A stretch of DNA of 64,000 nt from Eledone cirrhosa (taxonomy: Eukaryota). The position numbers were made by a program, and so were the translations under genes. Below are positions 1 through 11,379 of this stretch, piece after piece. The stretch spans positions 16,120,001-16,184,000 of the forward strand of contig OZ024740.1 in NCBI GenBank assembly GCA_964016885.1. Reading direction: 5' to 3'. The notes below the pieces were generated by a model. It saw nothing but the letters and a program-made list of their open reading frames with translations, was not told the origin of the DNA and did no database searches. Position 1 is the first letter of the stretch; each line of letters opens with the position of its first letter.

Positions 1-2116
1 TACAGCAGAAGGTCTTCAGAGAAGAAACTCTCAGGAGAGCTGGACAGCAGAAGGTCTTCAGAGAAGAAACTGTCCGGACAGCTGGACAGCGGAAGGTCTT
101 CAGAGAAGAAACTCTCGGGAGAGCTGGACAGCAGGTCTTTAGAGAAGAAACTCTCAGGAGAGCTAGACAGCAGAAGGTGTCCAGAGAAGAAACTGTTATG
201 AGAGCTGGACAGCAGAAGGTCTTTAGAGAAGAAACTGTCAGGAGAGCTGGACATCAGAAGGTCTTCAGAGAAGAAACTCTCAGGAGAGCTAGACAGCAGA
301 AGGTCTTTAGAGAAGAAACTCTCAGGAGGGCTGGACAGCAGAAGGTCTTCAGAAAAGAATCTCTCATGAGAGCTGGACAGCAGAAGGTCTTCAGAGAAGA
401 AACTCTCAGGAGAGCTAGACAGCAGAAGGTTTTCAGAGAAGAAACTCTAGGGAGAGCTGGACAGCAGAAGGTCTTCAGAGAAGAAACTCAGGAGAGCTAG
501 ACAGCAGAATGTCTTCAGAGAAGAAACTCTCGGGAGTGCTGGACAGCAGAAGGTCTTTAGAGAAGAAACTCTCAGGAGAGCCAGACAGCAGGTCTTCAGA
601 GAAGAAACTCTCAGGAGAGATGTACAGCAGAAGGTCTTCTGAGAAGAAACTCTCAGGAGAGCTAGACAGCAGAAGGTCTTCAGAGAAGAAACTCTCAGGA
701 GAGCTAGACAGCAGAAGGTCTTCAGAGAAGAAACTTTGAGGAGAGCTGGACAGCAGAAGGTCTTCAGAGAAGAAACTCTGAGGAGAATGTACAGTAGGTC
801 TTCAGAGAAGAAACTCTCAGGAGAGATGGACAGCAGAAGGTCTTCAGAGAAAAAGCTCTCGGGAGAGCTAGACAGCAGAAGGTCTTCAGAGGAGAAACTC
901 TCAGGAGAGATAGACAGCAGAAGGTCTTCAGAGAAGAAACTCTCAGGAGAGCTGGATAGCAGAAGGTCTTCAGAGAAGAAACTCTTATGAGAGCTGGATA
1001 GCAAAAGGTCTTCAGAGAAGAAACTGTCAGGAGAGCTGGACAGCAGAAGGGCTTCAGAGAAGAAACTCTCAGGAGAGCTAGACAGCAGAAGGTCTTCAGA
1101 GAAGATACTCTCACGAGAGCTGGACAGCAGAAGGTCTTCAGAGAAGAAACTGTCAGGAGAGCTGGACAGCAGAAGGTCTTTAAAGAAGAAACTCTCAGGA
1201 GAGCTGGACAGCAGAAGGTCTTCAGAAAAGAAACTCTCAGGAGAGCTAGACAGCAGAATGTCTTCAGAGAAGAAACTCTCACGAGAGCTGGACAACAGAA
1301 GGTCTTCAGAGAAGAAGCTCTCGGGAGAGCTGTACAGCAGAAGGTCTTCAGAGAAGAAACTCTCAGGAGAGCTGGACAGCAGAAGGTCTTCAGAGAAGAA
1401 ACTGTCCGGACAGCTGGACAGCGGAAGGTCTTCAGAGAAGAAACTCTCGGGAGAGCTGGACAGCAGGTCTTTAGAGAAGAAACTCTCAGGAGAGCTAGAC
1501 AGCAGAAGGTGTCCAGAGAAGAAACTGTTATGAGAGCTGGACAGCAGAAGGTCTTTAGAGAAGAAACTGTCAGGAGAGCTGGACATCAGAAGGTCTTCAG
1601 AGAAGAAACTCTCAGGAGAGCTAGACAGCAGAAGGTCTTTAGAGAAGAAACTCTCAGGAGAGCTGGACAGAAGAAGGTCTTCAGAGAAGAAACTCTCAGG
1701 AGGGCTGGACAGCAGAAGGTCTTCAGAAAAGAATCTCTCATGAGAGCTGGACAGCAGAAGGTCTTCAGAGAAGAAACTCTCAGGAGAGCTAGACAGCAGA
1801 AGGTTTTCAGAGAAGAAACTCTAGGGAGAGCTGGACAGCAGAAGGTCTTCAGAGAAGAAACTCAGGAGAGCTAGACAGCAGAATGTCTTCAGAGAAGAAA
1901 CTCTCGGGAGTGCTGGACAGCAGAAGGTCTTTAGAGAAGAAACTCTCAGGAGAGCCAGACAGCAGAAGGTCTTCAGAGAAGAAACTCTCAGGAGAGATGT
2001 ACAGCAGAAGGTCTTCTGAGAAGAAACTCTCAGGAGAGCTAGACAGCAGAAGGTCTTCAGAGAAGAAACTCTCAGGAGAGCTAGACAGCAGAAGGTCTTC
2101 AGAGAAGAAACTCTAG
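1..2116 (+). repeat. Segment duplicated at offset 1332 bp (1-~740 vs ~1333-2116)
   Basis: Rare marker CTGTCCGGACAG at 70 and 1402. ORFs 177 and 1509 are offset 1332; 509 and 1883 are offset 1374 (one extra monomer). Confidence 0.85.
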
Positions 2117-5100
2117 GGAGAGCTGGACAGCAGAAGGTCTTCAGAGAAGAAACTCAGGAGAGCTAGACAGCAGAATGTCTTCAGAGAAGAAACTCTCGGG
2201 AGTGCTGGACAGCAGAAGGTTTTTAGAGAAGAAACTCTGAGGAGTTCCAGACAGCAGAAGGTATTCAGAGAAGAAACTCTCAGGAGAGATGGACAGCAGA
2301 AGGTCTTCAGAGAAGAAACTCTCAGGAGAGCTAGACAGCAGAAGGTCTTCAGAGAAGAAACTCTCAGGAGAGCTGGACAGCAGAAGGTCTTTAGAGAAGA
2401 AACTCTCAGGAGAGCTGGATAGCAGAAGGTCTTCAGAGAAGAAACTCTCAGGAGAGCTGGACAGCAGAAGGTCTTCAGAGAAGAAACTCTCAGGAGAGCT
2501 GGACAGCAGAAGGTCTTCAGAGAAGAAACTCTCGGGAGTGCTGGACAGCAGAAGGTCTTTAGAGAAGAAACTCTCAGGAGAGCTGGACAGAAGAAGGTCT
2601 TCAGAGAAGAAACTCTCAGGAGAGATAGACAGCAGAAGGTCTTCAGAGAAGAAACTCTCAGGAGAGCTAGACAGCAGAAGGTCTTCAGAGAAGAAACTCT
2701 CAGGAGAGATGGATAGCAGAAGGTCTTTAGAGAAGAAACTTTCGGGAGAGCTGGACAGCAGAAGCTCTTTAGAGAAGAAACTCTCAGGAGAGCTGGACAG
2801 CAGAAGGTCTTCAGAGAAGAAACTGTCAGGAGAGCTGGACAGCAGAAGGTCTTCAGAGAAGAAACTCTCAGGAGAACTGGACAGCAGAAGGTCTTCAGAG
2901 AAGAAACTGTCAGGAGAGCTGGACAGCAGAAGGTCTTCAGGGAAGAAACTCTCAGGAGAGCTAGACAGCAGAATGTCTTCAGAGAAGTAACTTTCGGGAG
3001 TGCTGGACAGCAGAAGGTCTTTAGAGAAGAAACTCTCAGGAGAGCTTGACAGTAGGTCTTCAGAGAAGACACTGTCAGGAGAGCTGGACAGCAGATGGTC
3101 TTCAGAGAAGAAACTCTCAGGCGAGCTGGACAGCAGAAGGTCTTCAGAGAAGAAACTCTGAGGAGAGCTGGACAGCAGAAGGTCATCAGAGAAGAAACTC
3201 TCAGGAGAGCTGTACAGTAGGTCTTCAGAGAAGAAACTCTCAGGAGAGCTGGACAGCAGAAGGTCTTCAGAGAAGAAAATTTCAGGAGAGATAGATAGCA
3301 GAAGGTCCTCAGAGAAGAAACTCTAAGGAGAGTTGGACAGCAGAAGGTCTTCAGAGAAGAAACTCTCAGGAGAGCTGGACAGGAGAAGATCTTCAGAGAA
3401 GAAACTCTTATGAGAGCTGGATAGCAGAAGGTCTTCAGAGAAGAAACTCTCAGGAGAGCTAGACAGCAGAAGGTCTTCAGAGAAGAAACTGTCAGGAGAG
3501 CTGGACAGCAGAAGCTCTTCGGAGAAGAAGCTCTCGGGAGAGCTGGACAGCAGAAGGTCTTCAGAGAAGAAACTCTCAGGAGAGTTAGACAGCAGAAGGT
3601 CTTTAGAGAAGAAACTCTCAGGAGAGCTAGACAGCAGAAGGTCTTCAGAGAAGAAACTCTCAGGAGAGCTGGACAGCAGAAGGTCTTCAGAGAATAAACT
3701 CTCAGGAGAGCTGGATAGGAGAAGGACCTCAGAGAAGAAACTCTTGGGAGAGCTGGACAGCAGAAGGTCTTTAGAGAAGAAACTGTCAGGCGAGCTAGAC
3801 AGCAGAAGGTCTTCAGAGAAGAAACTGTCAGGAGACCTGGACAGCAGAAGGTCTTCAGAGAAGAAACTCTCAGGAGAGCTAGACAGCAGAAGGTCTTTAG
3901 AGAAGAAACTCTCAGGTGAGCTGGACAGTAGAAGGTCTTTAGAGAAGAAACTCTCAGGAGAGCTGGACAGCAGAAGCTCTTCAGAGAAGAAACTGACAGG
4001 AGAGCTGGACAGCAGAAGGTCTTTAGAGAAGAAACTCTCAGGAGAGCTGGACAGCAGAAGGTCTTCAGAAAACAAACTGTCAGGACAGCTGGACAGCGGA
4101 AGGTCTTTAGAGAAGAAACTCTCAGGAGAGCTGAACAGCAGAAGGTCTTCAGAGAAGAAACTCTCGGGAGAGCTGGACAGCAGGTCTTTAGAGAAGAAAC
4201 TCTCAGGAAAGCTAGACAGCAGAAGGTGTCCAGAGAAGAAACTGTTATGAGAGCTGGACAGCAGAAGGTCTTTAGATAAGAAACTGTCAGGAGAGCTGGA
4301 CAGCAGAAGGTCTTCAGAGAAGAAACTCTCAGGAGAGCTAGACAGCAGAAGGTCTTTAGAGAAGAAACTCTCAGGAGAGCTGGACAGAAGAAGGTCTTCA
4401 GAGAAGAAACTCTCAGGAGAGCTGGACAGCAGAAGGTCTTCAGAAAAGAATCTCTCATGAGAGCTGGACAGCAGAAGGTCCTCAGAGAAGAAACTCTCAC
4501 GAGAGCTGGACAACAGAAGGTCTTCAGAGAAGAAGCTCTCGGGAGAGCTGGACAGCAGAAGGTCTTCAGAGAAGAAACTCGCAGGAGAGCTAGACAGCAG
4601 AATGTCTTCAGAGAAGAAACTCTCAGGAGAGATGGACAGCAGAAGGTCTTCAGAGAAGAAACTCTCAGGAGAGCTGGATAGCAGAAGGTCTTCAGAGAAG
4701 AAACTTTCGGGAGAGCTGGACAGCAGAAGGTCTTTAGAGAAGAAACTCTCAGGAGAGCTAGACAGCAGTAGGTCTTCAGAGAAGAAACTCTCAGGAGAGC
4801 TGGACAGCAGAAGGTCTTTAGAGAAGAAACTCTCAGGAGAGCTGGACAGCAGAAGGTCTTCAGAGAAGAAACTGTCAGGAGAGCTGGACAGCAGAAGGTC
4901 TTCAGAGAAGAAACTCTCAGGAGAGCTAGACAGCAGAATGTCTTCAGAGAAGTAACTTTCGGGAGTGCTGGACAGCAGAAGGTCTTTAGAGAAGAAACTC
5001 TCAGGAGAGCTAAACAGCAGAAGGTCTTCAGAGAAGACACTGTCAGGAGAGCTGGACAGCAGATGGTCTTCAGAAAAGAAACTCTCAGGTAGAGCTGGAC

Positions 5101-7529
5101 AGCAGAAGATCTTCAGAGAAGAAACTCAGGAGAGCTGGACAGCAGAAGGTCTTCATAGAAGAAACTTTGAGGAGAGCTGGACAGCAGAAGGTCTTCAGAG
5201 AAGAAACTCTGAGGAGAGCTGTACAGTAGGTCTTCAGAGAAGAAACTCTCAGGAGAGATGGACAGCAGAAGGTCTTCAGAGAAAAAACTCTCGGGAGAGC
5301 TAGACAGCAGGAGGTCTTCAGAGGAGAAACTCTCAGGAGAGATAGACAGCAGAAGGTCTTCAGAGAAGAAACTCTCAGGAGAGCTGGATAGCAGAAGGTC
5401 TTCAGAGAAGAAACTCTTATGAGAGCTGGATAGCAGAAGGTCTTCAGAGAAGAAACTGTCATGAGAGCTGGACAGCAGAAGGTCTTCAGAGAAGAAACTC
5501 TCAGGAGAGCTAGACAGCAGAAGGTCTTCAGAGAAGATACTCTCACGAGAGCTGGACAGCAGAAGGTCTTCAGAGAAGAAACTCTCAGGAGAGCTGGACA
5601 GCAGAAGGTCTTCAGAGAAGAAACTCTCAGGAGAGCTGGACAGCAGAAGGTCTTCAGAGAAGAAACTCTGAGAAGAGTTGTACAGTAGGTTTTCAGAGAA
5701 GAAACTCTCAGGAGAGCTGGACAGCAGAAGGTCTTCTGAGTAGAATCTCTAAGGAGAGCTAGACAGCAGAATGTCTTCAGAGAAGAAACTCTCAGGTGAG
5801 ATGGACAGCAGAAGGTCTTCAGAGAAGAAACTCTCAGGAGAGCTGGATAGCAGAAGGTCTTCAGAGAAGAAACTTTCGGGAGAGCTGGACAGCAGAAGGT
5901 CTTTAGAGAAGAAACTCTCAGGAGAGCTAGACAGCAGAAGGTCTTCAGAGAAGAAACTCTCAGGAGAGCTGGACAGCAGAAGGTCTTCAGAGAAGAAACT
6001 CTTATGAGAGCTGGATAGCAGAAGGTCTTCAGAGAAGAAACTGTCAGGAGAGCTGGACAGCAGAAGGTCTTCAGAGAAGAAACTCTCAGGAGAGCTAGAC
6101 AGCAGAAGGTCTTCAGAGAAGATACTGTCACGAGAGCTGGACAGCAGAAGGTCTTCAGAGAAGAAACTCTCAGGAGAGCTGGACAGCAGAAGGTCTTCAG
6201 AGAAGAAACTCTCAGGAGAGCTGGACAGCAGAAGGTCTTCAGAGAAGAAACTCTTATGAGAGCTGGATAGCAGAAGGTCTTCAGAGAAGAAACTCTCAGG
6301 AGAGCTGGACAGCAGAAGGTCTTCTGAGAAGAAACTCTAAGGAGAGCTGGACAGCAGAAGGTCTTTAGAGAAGAAACTCTCAGGAGAGCTGGACAGCAGA
6401 AGGTCTTCAGAGAAGAAACTGTCAGGAGAGCTGCACACCAGAAGGTCTTAAAAGAAGAAACTCTCAGGAGAGCTGGACAGCAGAAGGTCTTCAGAAAAGA
6501 AACTCTCAGGAGAGCTGGACAGCAGAAGGTCTTCAGAAAAGAAACTCTCAGGAGAGCTAGACAGCAGAAGGTCTTCAGAGAAGAAACTCTCACGAGAGCT
6601 GGACAGCAGCAGGTCTTCAGAGAAGAAGCTCTCGGGAGAGCTGTACAGCAGAAGGTCTTCAGAGAAGAAACTCTCAGGAGAGCTGAACAGCAGAAGGTCT
6701 TCAGAGAAGAAACTCTCGGGAGAGCTGGACAGCAGGTCTTTAGAGAAGAAACTCTCAGGAGAGCTAGACAGCAGAAGGTGTCCAGAGAAGAAACTGTTAT
6801 GAGAGCTGGACAGCAGAAGGTCTTTAGAGAAGAAACTGTCAGGAGAGCTGGACAGCAGAAGGTCTTCAGAGAAGAAACTCTCAGGAGAGCTAGACAGCAG
6901 AAGGTCTTTAGAGAAGAAACTCTCAGGAGAGCTGGACAGAAGAAGGTCTTCAGAGAAGAAACTCTCAGGAGAGCTGGACAGCAGAAGGTCTTCAGAAAAG
7001 AATCTCTCATGAGAGCTGGACAGCAGAAGGTCTTCAGAGAAGAAACTCTCAGGAGAGCTAGACAGCAGAAGGTCTTCAGAGAAGAAACTCTAGGGAGAGC
7101 TGGACAGCAGAAGGTCTTTAGAGAAGAAACTCTCAGGAGAGCTGGACAGCAGAAGGTCTTCAGAGAAGAAACTCTTATGAGAGCTGGATAGCAGAAGGTC
7201 TTCAGAGAAGAAACTGTCAGGAGAGCTGGACAGCAGAAGGTCTTCAGAGAAGAAACTCTCAGGAGAGCTAGACAGCAGAAGGTCTTCAGAGAAGATACTC
7301 TCACGAGAGCTGGACAGCAGGAGGTCTTCAGAGAAGAAACTCTCAGGAGAGCTGGACAGCAGAAGGTCTTCAGAGAAGAAACTCTCAGGAGAGCTGGACA
7401 GCAGAAGGTCTTTAGAGGAGAAACTCTCAGGAGAGCTAGACAGCAGAAGGTCTTCAGTGAAGAAACTCTCCGGAGAGCTGGACAGCAGAAGGTCTTCAGA
7501 GAAGAAGCTCTGAGGAGAGCTGGACAGCA

Positions 7530-8150
7530 GAAGGTCTTCAGAGAAGAAACTCTGAGAAGAGTTGTACAGTAGGTTTTCAGAGAAGAAACTCTCAGGAGAG
7601 CTGGACAGCAGAAGGTCTTCTGAGAAGAAACTCTAAGGAGAGCTGGACAGCAGAAGGTCTTTAGAGAAGAAACTCTCAGGAGAGCTGGACAGCAGAAGGT
7701 CTTCAGAGATGAAACTGTCAGGAGAGCTGCACAGCAGAAGGTCTTCAGAGAAGAAACTCTGAGAAGAGTTGTACAGTAGGTTTTCAGAGAAGAAACTCTC
7801 AGGAGAGCTGGACAGCAGAAGGTCTTCTGAGAAGAAACTCTAAGGAGAGCTGCACAGCAGAAGGTCTTTAGAGAAGAAACTCTCAGGAGAGCTGGACAGC
7901 AGAAGGTCTTCAGAGAAGAAACTCTCAGGAGAGCTGGACAGCAGAAGGTCTTCAGAGAAGAAACTCTGAGAAGAGTTGTACAGTAGGTTTTCAGAGAAGA
8001 AACTCTCAGGAGAGCTGGACAGCAGAAGGTCTTCTGAGAAGAAACTCTAAGGAGAGCTGGACAGCAGAAGGTCTTTAGAGAAGAAACTCTTAGGAGAGCT
8101 GGACAGCAGAAGGTCTTCAGAGAAGAAACTGTCAGGAGAGCTGCACAGCA
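7530..8150 (+). repeat. Three tandem copies of a 207-bp (5-monomer) HOR
   Basis: Marker GTTGTACAGTAGGTTTT at 7561, 7768 and 7975, each followed by TTCTGAG...CTCTAAGG; 207 = 5x42-3. Confidence 0.85.
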
Positions 8151-11100
8151 GAAGGTCTTTAAAGAAGAAACTCTCAGGAGAGCTGGACAGCAGAAGGTCT
8201 TCAGAAAAGAAACTCTCAGGAGAGCTAGACAGCAGAAGGTCTTCAGAGAAGAAACTCTCACGAGAGCTGGACAGCAGAAGGTCTTCAGAGAAGAAGCTCT
8301 CGGGAGAGCTGTACAGCAGAAGGTCTTCAGAGAAGAAACTCTCAGGAGAGCTGGACAGCAGAAGGTCTTCAGAGAAGAAACTCTCGGGAGAGCTGGACAG
8401 CAGGTCTTTAGAGAAGAAACTCTCAGGAGAGCTAGACAGCAGAAGGTGTCCAGAGAAGAAACTGTTATAAGAGCTGGACAGCAGAAGGTCTTTAGAGAAG
8501 AATCTGTCAGGAGAGCTGGACAGCAGAAGGTCTTCAGAGAAGAAACTCTCAGGAGAGCTAGACAGCAGAAGGTCTTTAGAGAAGAAACTCTCAGGAGAGC
8601 TGGACAGAAGAAGGTCTTCAGAGAAGAAACTCTCAGGAAAGCTGGACAGCAGAAGGTCTTCAGAAAAGAATCTCTCATGAGAGATGGACAGCAGAAGGTC
8701 TTCAGAGAAGAAACTCTAGGGAGAGCTGGACAGCAGAAGGTCTTCAGAGAAGAAACTCAGGAGAGCTAGACAGCAGAATGTCTTCAGAGAAGAAACTCTC
8801 GGGAGTGCTGGACAGCAGAAGGTCCTTAGAGAAGAAACTTTTAGGAGAGCTAGACAGCAGAAGGTCTTCAGAGTAGAAACTCTAGGGAGAGCTGGACAGC
8901 AGAAGGTCTTCAGAGAAGAAACTCAGGAGAGCTAGACAGCAGAATGCCTTCAGAGAAGAAACTATCGGGAGTGCTGGACAGCAGAAGGTCTTTAGAGAAG
9001 AAATTCTCAGGAGAGCCAGACAGCAGAAGGTCTTCAGAGAAGAAACTCTCAGGAGAGATGGACAGCAGAAGGTCTTCTGAGAAGAAGCTCTCGGGAGAGT
9101 TGAACAGCAGAAGGTCTTCAGAGAAGAAACTCTCAGGAGAGCTAGACAGCAGAAGGTCTTCAGAGAAGAAACTCTCAGGAGAGCTAGACAGCAGAAGGTC
9201 TTCAGAGAAGAAACTCTAGGGAGAGCTGGACAGCAGAAGGTCTTCAGAGAAGAAACTCAGGAGAGCTAGACAGCAGAATGTCTTCAGAGAAGAAACTCTC
9301 GGGAGTGCTGGACAGCAGAAGGTCCTTAGAGAAGAAACTCTGAGGAGAGCCAGACAGCAGAAGGTCTTCAGAGAAGAAACTCTCAGGGGAGATGGACAGC
9401 AGAAGGTCTTCAGAGAAGAAGCCCTCGGGAGAGTTGGACAGCAGAAGGTCTTCAGAGAAGAAACTCTCAGGAGAGCTAGACAGCAGAAGGTCTTTAGAGA
9501 AGAAGCTCTCAGGAGAGCTGAACAGCACAAGGTCTTCAGAGAAGAAACTCTCGGGAGAGCTGGACAGCAGGTCTTTAGAGAAGAAACTCTCAGGAGACCT
9601 AGATAGCAGAAGGTCTTCAGAGAAGAAACTGTCAGGAGAGCTGGACAGCAGAAGGTCTTCAGAGAAGAAACTCTCAGGAGAGCTAGACAGCAGAAGGTCT
9701 TCAGAAAAGATACTCTCACGAGAGCTGGACAGCAGGAGGTCTTCAGAGAAGAAACTCTCAGGAGAGCTGGACAGCAGAAGGTCTTCAGAGAAGAAACTCT
9801 CAGGAGAGCTGGACAGCAGAAGGTCTTTAGAGGAGAAACTCTCAGGAGAGCTAGACAGCAGAAGGTCTTCAGTGAAGAAACTCTCCGGAGAGCTGGACAG
9901 CAGAAGGTCTTCAGAGAAGAAACTCTGAGGAGAGCTGGACAGCAGAAGGTCTTCAGAGAAGAAACTCTCAGGAGAGCTGGACAGCAGAAGGTCTTCAGAG
10001 AAGAAACTGTCAGGACAGCTGGACAGCGGAAGGTCTTTAGAGAAGAAACTCTCAGGAGAGCTGAACAGCAGAAGGTTTTCAGAGAAGAAACTCTCGGGAG
10101 AGCTGGACAGCAGGTCTTTAGAGAAGAAACTCACAGGAGAGCTAGACAGCAGAAGGTGTCCAGAGAAGAAACTGTTATGAGAGCTGGACAGCAGAAGGTC
10201 TTTAGAGAAGAAACTGTCAGGAGGGCTGGACAGCAGAAGGTCTTCACAGAAGAAACTCTCAGTAGAGCTAGACATCAGAAGGTCTTCAGAGATGAAACTG
10301 TCAGGAGAGCTGGACAGTAGGTCTTCAGAGAAGAAACTCTCGGGAGAGCTGGACAGCCGAAGGTCTTTAGAGAAGAAACTCTCAGGAGAGCTGGACAGTA
10401 GAAAGTCTTCAGAGAAGAAACACTAGGGAGAGCTGGACAGCAGAAGGTCTTCAGAGAAAAAACTCAGGAGAGCTAGACAGCAGAATGTCTTCAGAGAAGA
10501 AACTCTCGGGAGTGCTGGACAGCATAAGGTCTTTAGAGAAGAAACTCTGAGGAGAGATGGACAGCAGAAGGTCTTCAGAGAAGAAGCTCTCAGGAGAGTT
10601 GGACAGCAGAAGGTCTTCAGAGAAGAAACTTTCAGGAGAGCTAGACAGCAGAATGTCTTTAGAGAAGAAACTCTCAGGAGAGCTGGACAGCAGAAGGTCT
10701 TCAGAGAAGAAACTCTCAGGAGAGCTGGATAGCAGAAGGTCTTCAGAGAAGAAACTCTTGAGAGAGCTGGACAGCAGAAGGTCTTCAGAGAAGAAACTGT
10801 CAGGAGACCTGGACAGCAGAAGGTCTTCAGAATACAAACTGTCATGAGAGCTGGACAGCAGAAGGTCCTCAGAGAAGAAACTCTCACGAGAGCTGGACAG
10901 CAGAAGGTCTTCAGAGAAGAATCACTCGGGTGAGCTGGACAGCAGAAAGTCTTCAGAGAAGAAACTCGCAGGAGAGCTAGACAGCAGAAGGTCTTCAGAG
11001 AAGAAACTCTCAGGAGGGATAGACAGCAGAAGGTCTTCAGAGAAGAAAGTCTCAGGAGAGATGGACAGCAGAAGATCTTCTGAGAAGAATCTCTCAGGAG

Positions 11101-11379
11101 AGCTGCATAGCAGAAGGTCTTCAGAGAAGAAACTTTCGGGAGAGCTGGACAGCAGAAGTTCTTTAGAGAAGAAACTCTTAGGAGAGCTGGACAGCAGAAG
11201 GTCTTTAGAGAAGAAACTCTCAGGAGAGCTAGACAGCAGAAGGTCTTCAGAGAAGAAACTGTCAGGAGAGCTGGACGGCAGAAGGTCTTCAGAGAAGAAA
11301 CTCTCAGGAGGGATAGACAGCAGAAGGTCTTCAGAGAAGAAACTCTCAGGAGAGCTGGACAGCAGAAGGTCTTCAGAGA

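Noticed and set aside
15-23. STAT GAS-like motif TTCAGAGAA (TTCN3GAA) in each monomer
   Set aside because: It matches only the loose consensus, is a by-product of the TCTTC/GAAGA dyad, is destroyed by the common TTTAG allele, and has no genic context.
3-44. Assignment to known 41-42-bp satellites (human HSat1A, chicken CNM/PO41)
   Set aside because: Only the length is shared. HSat1A is strongly AT-rich and CNM has alternating A and T tracts, whereas this unit is 50% GC. I cannot establish homology without a search.
2740-2757. CENP-B box-like TTCGGGAGAGCTGGA
   Set aside because: It lacks the essential CGGG of NTTCGNNNNANNCGGGN (has TGGA) and occurs only in a minority variant.
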